64,000 bases of DNA, taken from assembly GCF_002113885.1 (NCBI RefSeq), contig NW_018405746.1:8660-72659 (forward strand), read 5' to 3'. The notes under the pieces were generated by a model. That model did not search any database, was not told where the DNA came from, and saw only the letters and a list, made by a program, of their open reading frames with translations. The stretch comes from Mizuhopecten yessoensis. Lineage: Eukaryota. How positions within the stretch are numbered: the first letter of the stretch is position 1; every line of letters begins with the position of its first letter. The translations under genes and the position numbers were made by a program. This document shows positions 13,406 to 27,314 of this stretch, piece after piece.

Positions 13406-15089
13406 GTCAAAATTCAATCTTTTCTTAAACAGATATTTCGTTCAGTTTTTAGGGTGCTTTATATAGGTAAAGACAAGAGTTCCCTCCCGTCACTGTAGAC
13501 CACTGGTGACTGGGGAGTGAATTTTATAAACAATAACTTGATATACTATCTGATAAAGGAATATTGACTTTTAACAATATGCCAAAGATAGCTTAAATTC
13601 AGTATATACATTAGTACAAATAAATGATATCTATAAATTCTTAGTTGTAAGTTCCATATATGGGCATCTGTTTTAAATTTTATTTTTTTAATGAATTATT
13701 TTACCAAAAGCAATGTTTGTTCAGTATTTGGCAAATATATTTGACTGCCAAAACCATGACAACCCAATGTTTTGTCATACTGACATATCTGAATGTGAAG
13801 TTGTTAACATTAGATAGTTTAATCAGAATCATTTCTACATCCGGTCTCATATCAGTGCTAAAACTTGAGGCAACCGAGAACCGTATTTTCTCGTTTACGG
13901 AAAGTGCCGACGGTTCCCGATTGGAACTTGAGGGTCTCTTTGGAAATTCTAGAATCGTCTCCAACATTTTGAGTATGAAAATACAACAACAATTTGACTG
14001 CCTTTCTTAGCAATTTTCTGTGTTCTTTTGAAGAAATTTGGACATTTTTTATTCAAATTTCTTCACGTGTTTTTACTTACATCAACTGGAGGTTTTGGTT
14101 GTCCATTTTTAAGTAAAGGTAAAGAAATAACGATTCCAGAATAGTTGCTGGTAAAAGTATCACAAATATATTGCCTTGGTTGGTAGTTCATTTTGTCCCT
14201 CTCTCCCTCTAAATCCGCTTTGAGGACAGTAAGCATCTATCTATCAAAAAGGAAAATATATAATTCTACTAATTCATTGCGATTCCGCTTTTGAAATGCA
14301 CTTACTTGGTACGGAGCCGGTTTAGTTTCATCTTTCTTAGTTGTGATTACAAAGGGAAGCAACTCGGATAAACGGATAAATGAGAATGGTATTGTTATGA
14401 CATTGCTCAAGAAAGATTGTTTCAGTTTAGTATTCCAGAAAGCATTGTTTTAAAACAATATATTTTTTAAATAAGTAAAAAGGAATCTGCTGTGGACTCT
14501 CTTAAAATTTTGTATCAGTAATTGTTCACACTTGGTGACACATTCAGTTTCATTACATCACAAAAATAGTTATTCCTAGCTTGTTTTTTCAAATATTTCC
14601 AGAAGTGTTCATTTTTCATTGTAGTGTACATTATAAACAATAAAAGTTTCAACTCATGTTTGATCAAATGTATTTATTTTAGAATTATCAGTACTTTTTT
14701 ATGTGCCAAAACTTTTTTTATGTTTTGTACATGACTGAGAATGCATTACCGTCGTTTTACAAAAATGTTGTGGACCACATTCATGGTACTTCTCCTTTTT
14801 TTCGACATTGATATTTTATTTCTTGAATTTCCATTATTTTTGTGTTCTATAACATTTTTTGTTCATTCTGTACTAAGACGTCTTTCATTATGACGTCACA
14901 ATCAAATATAAACTTCTCTGCAGTATTTAGATCTCAACTTACGAGGGTGAAAATGTTGTTTAAAACGTATGTATAAATCACAATACACAAAACTACCTTT
15001 CTAAAACTTTTTAATTTATCAGGTAATAAACCGATATAGTGTGACCTATATGTGAACGGGTGATTTTCCTGACAACTTGACATCCGATT

Positions 15090-15415
15090 TAGGTAGACTG
15101 CACTATATGAGCATGTTAGGTTAATCGGATCTCAGGGACCTGAGAATTTGGTACAGCTACATATATTTGGACTTGAACTAAGGTGTTTAAGAGAAATTGT
15201 ACACATTTTAGGGGTTTGGATAAATTTTCTGCAAAACTGTCACCACCATGATGACATATATAATAAGAGCATGGGGTGGCATTGTTACAGAAAGTTTATC
15301 TAAACCTCTAAAACGTGTAAAACTATACTCTGAACATCATATTTTAGGTCCAAATATAGCTGTAACAGTTTCTCAGGTCCCTGTACATCGAACAAGTAGA
15401 CTTAATTCTACTGTC
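15090..15415. mobile_element. Degenerate MITE
   Basis: Inverted segments CAGGGACCTGAGAATTTGGTACAGCTACATAT (about 15133-15164) and ATATAGCTGTAACAGTTTCTCAGGTCCCTG (about 15354-15383). Confidence 0.45.
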
Positions 15416-17871
15416 GGTTTACGTACTGCATGTCTTGCTTTTGGTTGTGACGTCATAATAGAAACACTAATGCAAGGGAACATGTTGAGTTGTTTTTCTG
15501 GCAAAAGAAAATGTCATGTGAACGAAAGTATCTTACACTCCTGGACGGTGTTGCTTATAATATGAAATTACATTAATGTTATATTGTCTCATAAAACTCG
15601 TGTTGCTCGCTCCACTTATTGTTATTCTACTGTATTTATATGTGATACTATGAATTTTGTGGAGGATATGTCCAATTGGAAAAATGTTTATTATGATAAA
15701 GAAAGAAATATTTCAAACTTGCACTGGGTTTATTACTTTTTTGAAATTGAGAAAACTGTTTAATTTCCTTTATGTTGACAAAAATTGACTGTGAAATCGG
15801 TCAGTATTTGCTTTTATTGAGTCTTTGATTCTTTGTTGAGTTGTATGATATTCACATAGATTCCATAAGGGATATGATGTGACGTCACTATGTTTATTCT
15901 CCGTTAATTCTCCGAAGAATCAGTCTTCAGATATTGTAACAGTTTCCAACATTATTAAACAGCGCTACAAACTTCTTCCGGAATATGTTGTCTGAAAAGA
16001 AATCTCCAATATAATACGTTTTACAGTATCAAGTGTTTCGACAGGAAATGAAGTCGGGTATTAGACAGATCATTGATCAATTCAAAACGACAAATAGTGA
16101 CCTTTAAGAATGTATTTTAATTTCATCTCATTTCCAATCGAACTGTATAGAAGTATAACAGGCATGCGAGGAATGGGAAAACAAAGGTCCCAGAAAAGGA
16201 TTTTTCTTATACAGGAAGACTGAAAATTCGAAATATGTTCGACCGTTTGTTCATGTCATATTAAAAGGTAATACTGAAGATTGGACGAAACTGTCTACAC
16301 TGAATCTCATTAATCCAAAATTCTTCACAGAATCAAATGATTTTAAAGAACTTTCCGGAAGCTTTTTTTTCAGGAGAAGAATCGCTGTTACGGAAAATGT
16401 ATTATTTCGATTATTATAATTGAAAGAAACACACACATTTTTTTTTGCATGGATTGATGAGATTTCAATGTAAAAAAATACGGACATTAAATACTATGAT
16501 TATGGAAAAAATAACAAGTTTTCGACTTGAGGTAGGTTTACATAGTGAAAAATTCTCTCGCCAAGAATTAAATTCTGAGATATAGATATCAAAGTTGATG
16601 AATCTTATTGAAGATCTGAGATATAGAATTTCCTTTTATCTAAATATGAAATTTGGATAATAATGTTGGATTTGTTCTCTGCAAAATATAGAGATATCCT
16701 TTCCATTACAGATGCCACAAATAAAGTCGACAATTCTGGCAAAGCGGAGTTGAAATCATCAAGATTCTTTAATGGATCACAAAATGTACTTATCACAGAT
16801 GGCTTAAAAAGCTGAATAGAATAGCTATATGTTTGATAAAAAATACAAAATATCACAAATGCTTGGTAATGGTATATATCGGAAATATAGAACAAGACAC
16901 AAGAACTCCGTATACGGAACACATATAACAAGAAAATATGTAACACAGCCGATTTCGAGGATTTCAACGACAATTTGAAATAGGATATTTGAGTGCACGT
17001 GAGATAAATTGTACCGTAACTACATACCACAGTCACATGCGATCGAGAACGAGAAAATCGCTTAACAAGGAAATTATCGTTTTTCTTCCTTCCCAGTTAA
17101 CCATAATATCCCGTTTTCCCCAAATTCAACGTCATATTACAAATCATGGACAATTTAATTTTTAAAAAGATGTGTTTTTTACACTCAATTTGATAAAAAC
17201 AAATTTCTGGTTCATGATCCCTGTGACGCAGTGAAACACTGACCGAATTACCCATAATCCCAAGAATACACTAGTACATATAATTATTAGTATAAAGTGA
17301 ATACCAGGCATAACAGATACTGCAAACAGTTTATGTTATCGGTTGATACGTTTGATAAAAAACCATTGTGACATAATGCATGGTTGACTTGCCAAAATAT
17401 TATTTCTATCAGACGTAAATAGATTTTAGTAACACATGTTTACAGTTCATTGACGGAAGTGTTTAAATTCAAATTTTAGACAAAAACCAAACTATTTGTA
17501 AATTTTGTTGTGCCGATAACAGTAAAATATTAGCAATAACAGGAAGCAGGAATGATATGATATATATTCTTTTAACGATTTTCATATCAACCGTTTTCTT
17601 CAATGCAATGAGTAGGTATTCATGTTTAATTGGCAAAACATAGGGTTGTGTAGAAAGAGACAGTAAATGATTGCACATATTTCATAAACACTGATCATGA
17701 ATTGAAAAAAATGACTCAAATATATATTTCTTCAAAACAATTGTCCTGTGATTGTGGTACCACAATTCCTCCGAGAAGCAAGCACCATAATTATATCCAT
17801 ATTTAGGAATAAACTTTTTAGTTATCAATCCGCTCTTGAAGTTATTAAAGACTTTCATGGTGGTCTTACAC

Positions 17872-18194
17872 TCACTTTTTATCATAAAGGTCCCAGAATT
17901 CGTTGTCTTTTTCATTTTTTGGCGCCAAAGTCACTTTTTCCGGTTGAGGCGGTGGCGGTGTGATTGGGGGTGTTTTGAAAATCACTTCCTCAAAGGCAGG
18001 CTCTTCCGGTTTAGACTTTGTAGTTGGCTTCTTCGGTTTTGGCTTAGGTTTTGGTGGAGCCGGATCAGATTTCGGTTTTGGCTTTGAAACGGCCCCCTTT
18101 TCCCAGTTCCGCTCTGCTTTTGGCATAGAGCTTAAGAACTCCCGAAATGATTTCCGCATCCGCTCGTACAGAATATTTTGCTCCGCCCATGTAC
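17872..18194 (-). CDS. Alternative terminal exon B of the TEX33-like gene (long Pro/Lys-rich tail)
   Basis: The acceptor TTTTCCTACATATCAG precedes (S)TWAEQNILYERMRKSFREFL...KPKPKSDPAPPKPKPKPKKP...EFWDLYDKK*. Confidence 0.7.
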
Positions 18195-21100
18195 CTGATA
18201 TGTAGGAAAAGTAGTACCATAGTAGTCCTGCATGTGCCATGTGAAAATTAGGTGCAACACAAAGATATTTCAATAAATGTAGATAAACACATTTTTGTTA
18301 TAACGTTTTCTATGACTGAACTGAAACATGCATTACGTACAAAGTTATTTAAATACGTAATAGTATAAAAATGTCTCTATCAATCTTTTTTCTGCTGTTT
18401 CTTAGCAAGTGTCTCCAAAAAGTAGGCTTCCCAAGCCTTTTTCATCCTCGTTTGAAGAACGTTATGTTCCGCCCATGTACCTAAAACAGAGGAGAAGGGA
18501 AAGGAACTTGTAGATGATAATGTTAGCAGTTTCAAAACAAGCAAACAGAATGGAGAAATGACTGGAAACTTGAAAGTTTGAGATTTTCCCATTCAAAATC
18601 ATAATTTAAAATTTCTTTCAATAAAATATTAAGCTTTTCTCTTTCATATACTAGATTAAGATGAAAGATTTTCTTATTTATTTCATTTCAATACATGATC
18701 ATGAGTGCTCCTCTATGAACAGTTGTGAACTAAGAGAAGTGATTGCAAATCTTGAAAACAAATGTCGAGAAACCTCAAACGTTCAAGCGTTTAGAAAAAA
18801 AGTATGTCGGGGAGGGAAAACGTGATGGTAGTTTGAAATTCGAATAATCCGGAGACGCCAGATAACTACATTCTAAAATACATCTATGTAATATTTCATG
18901 TTCTTTTATGACCGGTAACAATAGAGTTAACTTAGAAAACAGAAAGTGCCCAGAGCAACGACGTTCCAGTGTATACACCGGACTATCCGATTCAAAGTTA
19001 AAGCCTCGCTTATTGTCGTGACGTAAACTTTCGTGAACAGCCCTGAGAGTGTTCTACAACCCTGCAAATGTGTCTACACATGACACATACTATGAATTTT
19101 TACAAAAGAATTTCTGAAGTCGTTGATAGTCAGTACGTACTTAAACGATCTGAATGTGACGATTGACCCCATCATCATACGTTTGACCTCTTTAATATGA
19201 ACCAGGGCCCGTCTGTTCATGAAAGACAGTTTTGCAGTGAATTTTCGTAAGGAATTGTAAAAACTGTCAAATTCATAGTCTGTGAAAGCAATGCAATGAT
19301 TTGACTTTTGACCCTTTAGCCAAAACCTTAACTTTAACAAGGTACGAAGTGAAAAGTGCTAGCCAACACTTTGTATGTTCATGATATAAATGTCGAAACT
19401 CATAAGAATGTTTGTTTTCAATTTATTAAGAGCTCTCAACACAAGCATATAAATGTGCACACGATATATCTATGTATGACATGTTGTCCTTACTTATCTA
19501 AGAGAAATCCTATTTCATTTTTTTTCAATTTTCACAGTAATGTTAATAATATACGGCAGAACCCCCTTAATTTGGATACCGGTAAGAATACCCTAAAAGG
19601 GTATCCGGATTAATATATGCTTACAATGCTTCAACATCCGGTATTGACATCACTTCCGGTAAGTAGCGATTTCAGTTCAGACACATTTTGTTATTTTTGA
19701 TTCAAAAATATCTAACAGATTATTTCGTGCAGTTAATTCTACATTTTTCAAAAAATCAATATGGATATTAAGTGTGATGATTGCAAGACCAAACAAAATA
19801 GAATTGGCTTCCTTTTGCATTCTTTAAGCAACTACAGTGCAGTAGTAGGCACACGATTTATAGTGAAAACAATGCTTTACAGAAGAGAGAGGGATATTTC
19901 TAATATTATTGAGCAGCATTTAAGGCATAAAAAAGGGAACATACAAATTATTTTCAATTGGCTTCGTATAGATTTTTATATTACTGTCTTTCACGGCAAG
20001 TCGTGCATGGGTTTTTGAAAATTCACACTTGGAATGGATAAACAAGCACTGGTACCAATAAACATGTTAATTAAAGCAAAGAATGGTGAGGTTACGATGA
20101 GGTTCAAAAGGGACCATTGAGTTACAAGGTACTGCTAAAAACTAATGATCGCACGGTTTCGTGAATGTGGTGGGATTAATAATTGTATCGGGTGTAATGT
20201 AGAATATATGGAAGATAAAAAGAGAACATGTATATTCAAGGTAGAGAAGTTATTTTCAAAAAATCTCATTTGAACGAAACGCTTTAAACGTCGTCAATAC
20301 GAACAGTGGAACAGTGTTATACTGGACACTATCGTTTCTGACACTTAAACGTTAGGCAAAACCTAATAACACATAATTATCCGGAAAGCAGAATTTTGAT
20401 TTTTCCACATCTTGGGTCCAGATTGGTAGGTTTCCAATGTACGTACATGTATATATGTTAGTTTTTTTGATAGTATGGATTTCGCAATAACGAATTCGTC
20501 GAGGAATAACTTGAGCTACATAGGAAAAGGGTAAATAACGTCAGTTTTTGGAAACATTAAAATACACATATTCGTCTACAGTTATTGTTCATGCGTGCAG
20601 TATTAATTAAGGTAGAAACACACCCAAAAGGTACAGCCACACGAAAACGACCAGGATACTTACTGAGTTCGTCCCTCTGATAACGCCATTGGTCCGGATC
20701 AGGGTATCGCCTTAGATGTACGCTATCATCGTACGCTAACTTCATCATACTCTTCTTGTGATTCATCGTATAACCGGGAAAGATGTTTTGGCGCATGGCA
20801 TTTCCGAGCATTTCGTATTCCGGTTTTAATTCCTTATCCATATCGGGAATATCCAGGTGCTTACTTGGGCGCAACAACCGCTGTTTTCGCAATTTCTCTT
20901 CATTTACTGTCTTTTCGACTTTCTTTTCGTCAGATAAAAGAAAATCACAAACTTTGCTACCGAACTGATGACGAATATTCGGTGGCAGTGATACAATACT
21001 ACGCGGTTGCGCTGCTGGACCAGCAGACGTGTGACGTGGAGTTTCGGTTGGAGCCTTCCGGTGTCGTTCACTATGACCTACATACGCCGGGTATTCTGTT

Positions 21101-24100
21101 TTTTCTCGCCTTATGGTCTCCATGCCGGGCCGCAGAATGTCCCCACACAAACTATACTGGTGCATAGGCGCTCTGTGGCCATATTTGTCCCTGTTGTAAC
21201 TATTTCTGTCGTTTAAGCCTACGTAATTCATTTCCCTGGCAGCTTTTAAGGCGTTATCCGACATAGACAATGGGGATCTGCCAGATCCTGCTCTCTGAGG
21301 CACACGAGTGATGTTTTCCGTGTCAAAGTTTAATGCACCGAATTCCATGTTTTCAATGGCCCTCTTTGTCTTCAATAATTCGTCTTTCTGCTTTTCTATC
21401 TCTCCTTTCGTTGCTTGTACGACTTTATACTCTGAAAGACAAAATTAGTATAGGTTACCACTAAGACTTGTGTAGAAAAAACATCAGGGACTGAACTATG
21501 GTAATTAATTCTGAACCTTAACCGACAATAACACTTTTGAAACAATGTGTCATGTTTTTGTCGAATTGTCTAGACGCATCGTAAGTTTAACGCAATCTTG
21601 ACTGCAGAAAAAAACTTTGAAAAAATAGTAAACATTCAACGATCATTTCCGTGTTTTCTGTCTTCCATGTGTGGCTGCTATCATTCCAAGTTAAAAACAC
21701 GTGTTGTATATATTTTCCTTCTTTTGCATACTCATACCTAGTAAAATTAACGTGATTTTTTTTTCTGAAAATAAAAGCTAACTAGGCTTAGAATAATTGT
21801 GGTATTGGCTTCATGGTTGTTACCTCCTATTCACACAAGAACTGTGACGTAGATCGTTTGTGTGTAGATTCGCAGTGGACACGGTATATTATGTTGTCAT
21901 TAAACTGAGATGCATTCAATACAGAACTAACTTTACATTCTTATATTACTAACACAAGGGAATATGTACATTTTTTACAGTATTTAGTTTAAAGGATTTG
22001 CGTACCACTGCCAAAATCTGAAACTTGGCATTGGACTGTCTGTGTTGGTTTTCTGATTTTTTTCTTCTTATTTTGCATGACTATTAATTTTGATCAACTT
22101 TTTGATAAATGATTTCCGAAAAGAAGAAATATACGAAATATAACCAATAACAGTGTAATGACAGGAAAACAGCATGTTTTGTAGGTTTTGTATTGTTTTA
22201 CGGCCCATCGACAATTTGAGTCATTATAGAAATTTACAAAAAACTGAAAACACGAAAACCAGAAACAAAAGGTTAAAATGTGCAAAAGACGTCAAAATAT
22301 ATCAATAGCAAACGAATTTTTCATAAAATATATCATAGTTTATTATAGAGATTATTATTGAATGTAAATAAACATAGGCTGATTGCACAGAAACTGTATT
22401 AAATAAACAGTTCATAGAGGGTACATTATAAAATCTGTCAGGTAATTGTTTGAAATCAGCGCCTGCAGCGGGAAAGGAATCCTTGAATCGAACTCCACAA
22501 TCAGCAAATTGAATATTGCTATTCAAGTTCCTTAAATTATCTACATGGCGTAAAAATGGAAGAATAGAAAAAATACATAAGCCACCCTAACACTTTTTTT
22601 CTAGACTGGCTTCACTATGTCGCCGACTTCAATCACTTTTTACAATTCGATGACCGTTAATGAACTTGCTGTGTCGAGGGACCATTATAAACGATAAACA
22701 AATTAATTTTATCAGGAAATTTATTACTCCGGAAAATTTTCCGGAACTGAAACGGTTCAGACTATACCGCGTCTCTCGATTGTTTAATATAAACGTGGAT
22801 TATTCATCCAGATCGTGAGTTTAACATTCAGACAAAATATGTGTTCCATGTATCTGCATGTAAAGTATATCTACTACCTAAGTTTTATATTACAAAGAAA
22901 TCATACACAATAGTTCAGATAATAGCCGAGATCGTAATTAATGCCGGCTTATCAAATGACTATATCAAATAAGAATACGACACCCTTACACATTTTCTAC
23001 ATTATTATCCACAGGGATTTGTATTTTATACGTAAACTCAGATAGAACTAGCACCTACCTGGCATATATATTTTAAAATCAATATTATTTATTTAGAAAT
23101 TAATACAAACCCCTTCGATATCTGATCGATGTTTCAGACTCGAAACACTAAAAGAATACACATATTTTTTTCGATAATTCCATCATCAAACACCACATAC
23201 ATTTAGATGGTGCTAAGATTATATACCAATGTGTTATTACACGATTAGAGCTATACTATCAAATGTTGTCATTACTTCTATCGTTTTTAAGATCTGCATG
23301 TAATTAATTACCATTAAAAAAAATCAATTAATTGGTTAAATAATGACAAACAAATATTTGATAAACAATTCACTCATCAGCAGATAAATTATCTTGAAGG
23401 CGTCAAGCAAGTTATCACTGCAAATATGTACCTTTACCACCATGCAGGTAAGAGCTAGGCTGACAAACATATGTACGGTCCTTCATCAGACACATATCTA
23501 TTTAGATATGGAAATAATATCTGGTTTGTATTATAAAGAGTCGGACTTAACTCCGGATAAAACAGTTGTACTCGTTTCGATTTATGTGAGCTATTTTAAG
23601 GTGTACATTTTAACTTGTACATGTTCATTTAGCATGATGATACATCACAAATGTAATTTAGTATCAACATGAAGCTTTAATCTGGTGAGATTTGTTTTTA
23701 GAAATTACAACAGGTGTGCTACAAGGCTGCTTACTTGGTATTTCTTTATTTACATGTAACGTTTTAAACTTGAAAGTAGGTGTTTGGCTTACATTGAGAA
23801 ATCCTTTGACCCAAGCCTCTATTTAATTTCTGACACAGAACTTAGCCTTAATTTAAAAGGCATTAATGTTATATATAGATACAGAGAATCAGGTACAGTG
23901 TAAAATGTATCAACTATGTTTATAATAAAGTATTCTCTACAGCTGATGTATTGTTAAAGTATGGTCTTATCGCTTTGTCTAAGGAAATAGAACTGGTCTG
24001 GTGGAAAAATGACAATTCAGAAACTGTCAATCGGGGATAGGCTGAGATGAGTGATCGACGGGGTTGGTAAAGGGGTGGGGTCAAGAATTTCAGGGAGGGT

Positions 24101-24449
24101 GATTGTTACATTGTCACTATATAGTACAGATTTGGAAAAATTAGTAGATAGGTTTGAAACTGTTTTGCGTTGTTTAAACTTTGTATAAAGATACAATTAT
24201 ACAACAAATTCACACATGCACACACACACCTTTCATTTGTGAACGTAATTCTTCAGGAAGTTGGAAGCGTCCTTTCCGACGGAGTTCCTTGTTTTTCGAA
24301 ACATCGATTTTCTGAATTCGATCCATCTCGTCCTTGGTGTGAATCTCCAGAGAGGATCCGAATAGAGAGTGTTTTGGCATGGCATCTGTCCGCCGAGCCC
24401 TCGCGAGCTCGGTCAGATCTATAGGCGACGCTGCTAATGCGGTCGCCAT
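17872..24449 (-). CDS. TEX33: TEX33/CIMIP4-like ciliary/sperm microtubule inner protein, with alternative last exons
   Basis: Coding exons are 24449-24230 and 21431-20664, then either 18480-18380 or 18194-17872; all junctions are phase 1 and GT-AG. The motifs LPPNIRHQFGSKVCDFLLSDE, YEMLGNAMRQNIFPG, KSMMKLAY and WRYQRDELSTWAEHN resemble the TEX33 family as I remember it (IPANIRHKFGS..., YDLGYNMRSNLF, KSLMKASY, DDLGRWHQKN). Confidence 0.75.
18380..18480 (-). CDS. Alternative terminal exon A of the TEX33-like gene (short tail)
   Basis: A polypyrimidine acceptor TTCTCCTCTGTTTTAG precedes (S)TWAEHNVLQTRMKKAWEAYFLETLAKKQQKKD*. Confidence 0.7.
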
Positions 24450-25959
24450 TTTGCTCTCTGAAAAAAAAATATAACAGCATATTTCTTTATTCCGAAACAG
24501 TTTCTGTTTTACTCTTAGCATGATTCTTTATTCGGAAATAGGATCTATTGCAATAAAATGAAAATCTATTTTGATTTCAACGCGAATATATTTTGGAAGT
24601 GCTTTTCCAAAGGGGTTAGAAAGGAGCATTGCTTTTTTGTGCATTTTATTACCTTCATATAACCACAACTCAAAACATTAATAACTGAATATACTTCATG
24701 GGAAGTGAATTCAATACATTAGCAGATCTTAACAATAACAGACTTTCTTAAATTGTCTCTAAAAGGCAACTGAATGCATATATCCATTGAAAGCCATCAA
24801 ATAAAATATCACCAAAATGAGGTACTGTGCATTTTGAGATAATAGCTACAGATACGGCTTTTCAGCTATAGTTTAATGTGGGTTTCCTTAAATTATGTCA
24901 TGATAAAATCTAATCTAATGTGAAATGAATTTCCTGCGCAGCCATTGTCTAATGAGAAATCGTTTAACTTTTCTATTTTGTTTGTGAATGAATTATATAA
25001 TTTTATACTTCTTAGCAGATGATACATATATATATGCCTTGTCAACAAAACTTCAGTAATACATTTGGGAGAATAAGAACGTGTGCATGTCGTTTTTACA
25101 TTGCCAACACTTGTTGAAAGCATTAAAGTGAGGTGGTGTGGGGGTAGCTTCAGGCAAACCAAATCCCGCTTCTTTAAAAACATTTCCCCCCTTCTGCAAC
25201 ACAAACACCCCCTTCAGATCAGATCATCATTAAGAAAATACATGTAAAAGTACATGATTTTTTTTCCCGAAAGTTTAAAGTTTATGCTTAAGTTAATTTA
25301 AGTGCAGGCATAGATAATTGAGAAATTTGAGTCGAAACTTTTTGATTGTTTATTTGGATGAGTTGGATATAAAATACAGATTATCTATATTCGTTTGAAC
25401 AAGATTTAAGGTGACAGAACATTCCTATGCTGAGAAATAAAATAAGCTTGCATGTATACATGTTATAGGCATTTGCCCAGGTAAATTTATCACCTGTGAC
25501 AAGTCTCGTGCTATCCGATCAACAGGTTATCGTACCGAATCAAAACGTGCTATCTGATCAATCGGTGTATTGTTTTATTAATGATTTAATGATCGAGCTT
25601 AATCAGACGAACCAATAACCGCGAATGAGATTTTATTGAATAACCACAATTGATTGACAGGGTTCATGTTTCCAGACGTACAACCCAACATAACATCTGC
25701 TCCCTCGACAGATGATTACATTCTAACCACATGAAAATTTATTGTAAACCTCACTAGGTCCCCTATGTGTTGCACGCCTTTCGCTAAGTATATGTCATAC
25801 ATAATTAAAGGAAACTGGTCGAAAAAGCAGGCCTAATATGCACTTCACGGGGTTATTGATTATGATAAACGTGATAACAATCACACATTTCACATGCCAA
25901 AATGTCAATCAAATCAAGGCAAAACCACTGACGACACAGCAAGTGTCGAAGGAGCCTAC

Positions 25960-26250
25960 CTCACATCACCCGTGCACCCGGTCAACTTGTGTCTGGCGCT
26001 GCAACCGTCGACAGAGCGAACGAAAGGCGATACAACGTTCTTCCTTGTTCTTTACACTATATTCACCAAGCAAGCTGATGTCGTTGTCAGGGGGCGTTCC
26101 CTAATCGTGGATGCCATTTGGTAAGCCTCGGACTATTTTCATGAATTATGAGTCAACACCAAATGAGTTCCGATCGATTGAATGGCGCGCATTAATTGTG
26201 ACGTAGTACACACTTCCGGTAATAGTTATTGAAGGAGATAAGCCGTACAG
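25960..26250. promoter_or_regulatory. Candidate bidirectional promoter between the TEX33-like gene and TXN2
   Basis: A minus-strand donor GAG|GTAGG at about 25960 and a plus-strand donor CAG|GTAAC at 26250 flank a CpG-richer segment. It contains AP-1 TGAGTCA (26149-26155), CRE-like TGACGTAG (26199) and ETS CACTTCCGGT (26211-26220). Confidence 0.5.
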
Positions 26251-26682
26251 GTAACATTATTTCTGATTATCTTATTTTATCTATGAAATCATTCAACAAC
26301 TTGTGAACATTTCTATTTATAAAAGATATAATTCGTTTTGCTTAACAATTTCATCAGATTCAACAATGTTGGCAATTGTTTCACAAGTTTTTGTCAGAAT
26401 ATTCAAGCATAAAACACTAGCTGCGATAACGTCGCTTTCTGACGACGAGAGATTTGTTTTATATATATTGCGTCGTCAGCAACCATTTCATCAGATTTTG
26501 TCACTTAGACACAGAGTTTGTAAAATATTTCTACTGTGAGAGTTTCAAAAAATATCGATCAGGTGTACAATGCCCTAATCAGATTAGCCTACTGAATTCC
26601 ATGGTCTTACTCACTTTTCAGTTCAAAGACCTTTGGCTTCCTACGTCGAAATACATCTTCGTGTACTAGGAAAGTTAAATCA

Positions 26683-27210
26683 CAGGCATACACTACTCTT
26701 GTAAGACCAGTTTTAGAATATGCCTCAACTTGTTGGGTCCCTATTCCATCAACCGCATACAACAATTAGACAATGTACAAGCTTTTGCCCTTCTTTGTGA
26801 TAAAGATTCCCAATCTAATGATTTCATCATGTTTGTAATACAGCCTGTTTCTCTAGACCTGTACTCGTTGTACATTGTCTAATTGTTGTATGTCTTAAAG
26901 TTGTCCATCACAGTATTGTCCACGAGCTGTTGTGATTCCATGTCTTGATGGTGTTTGGAAAGGAGTGTTAGTAAATCTGGGTTCTAGAGGGTATAAGGGA
27001 TCATGAAACTTTAGAAAGTCCTCTGTTGGCTGAGTGTATTGGCTAGTGATATTGCAACAAGATGTGACTTCATCAGGCCCATCTTTCTGACATTGTTGGT
27101 CACTTCATCTCATGGAGGGATGCAGGTGTAGTTGAAGTAGTTGTTGTTCATGAAAAATGCTGATTTTCTTTGCACTACCTCAAGTTTGTTGGTATTGTCC
27201 TTGGGCACAG
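26683..27210. mobile_element. Rearranged CR1-like RT C-terminal fragments in the TXN2 5' intron
   Basis: Plus strand: AYTTLVRPVLEYASTCW. Minus strand: TGCITNMMKSLDWESLSQRR and NKLEVVQRKSA. Confidence 0.65.
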
Positions 27211-27314
27211 ACCAAACAAGGTTGGTTTAATCAATAATGTAATTGTTTTTTTCTGTTTTTAGGTCTAAACATTTTACTCTCAAAACCAAAGCAAGCAAGT
27301 AAACAAGAACAGAC

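Noticed and set aside
22728-22745. Perfect 18-bp palindrome TCCGGAAAATTTTCCGGA
   Set aside because: It is isolated, with no supporting context.
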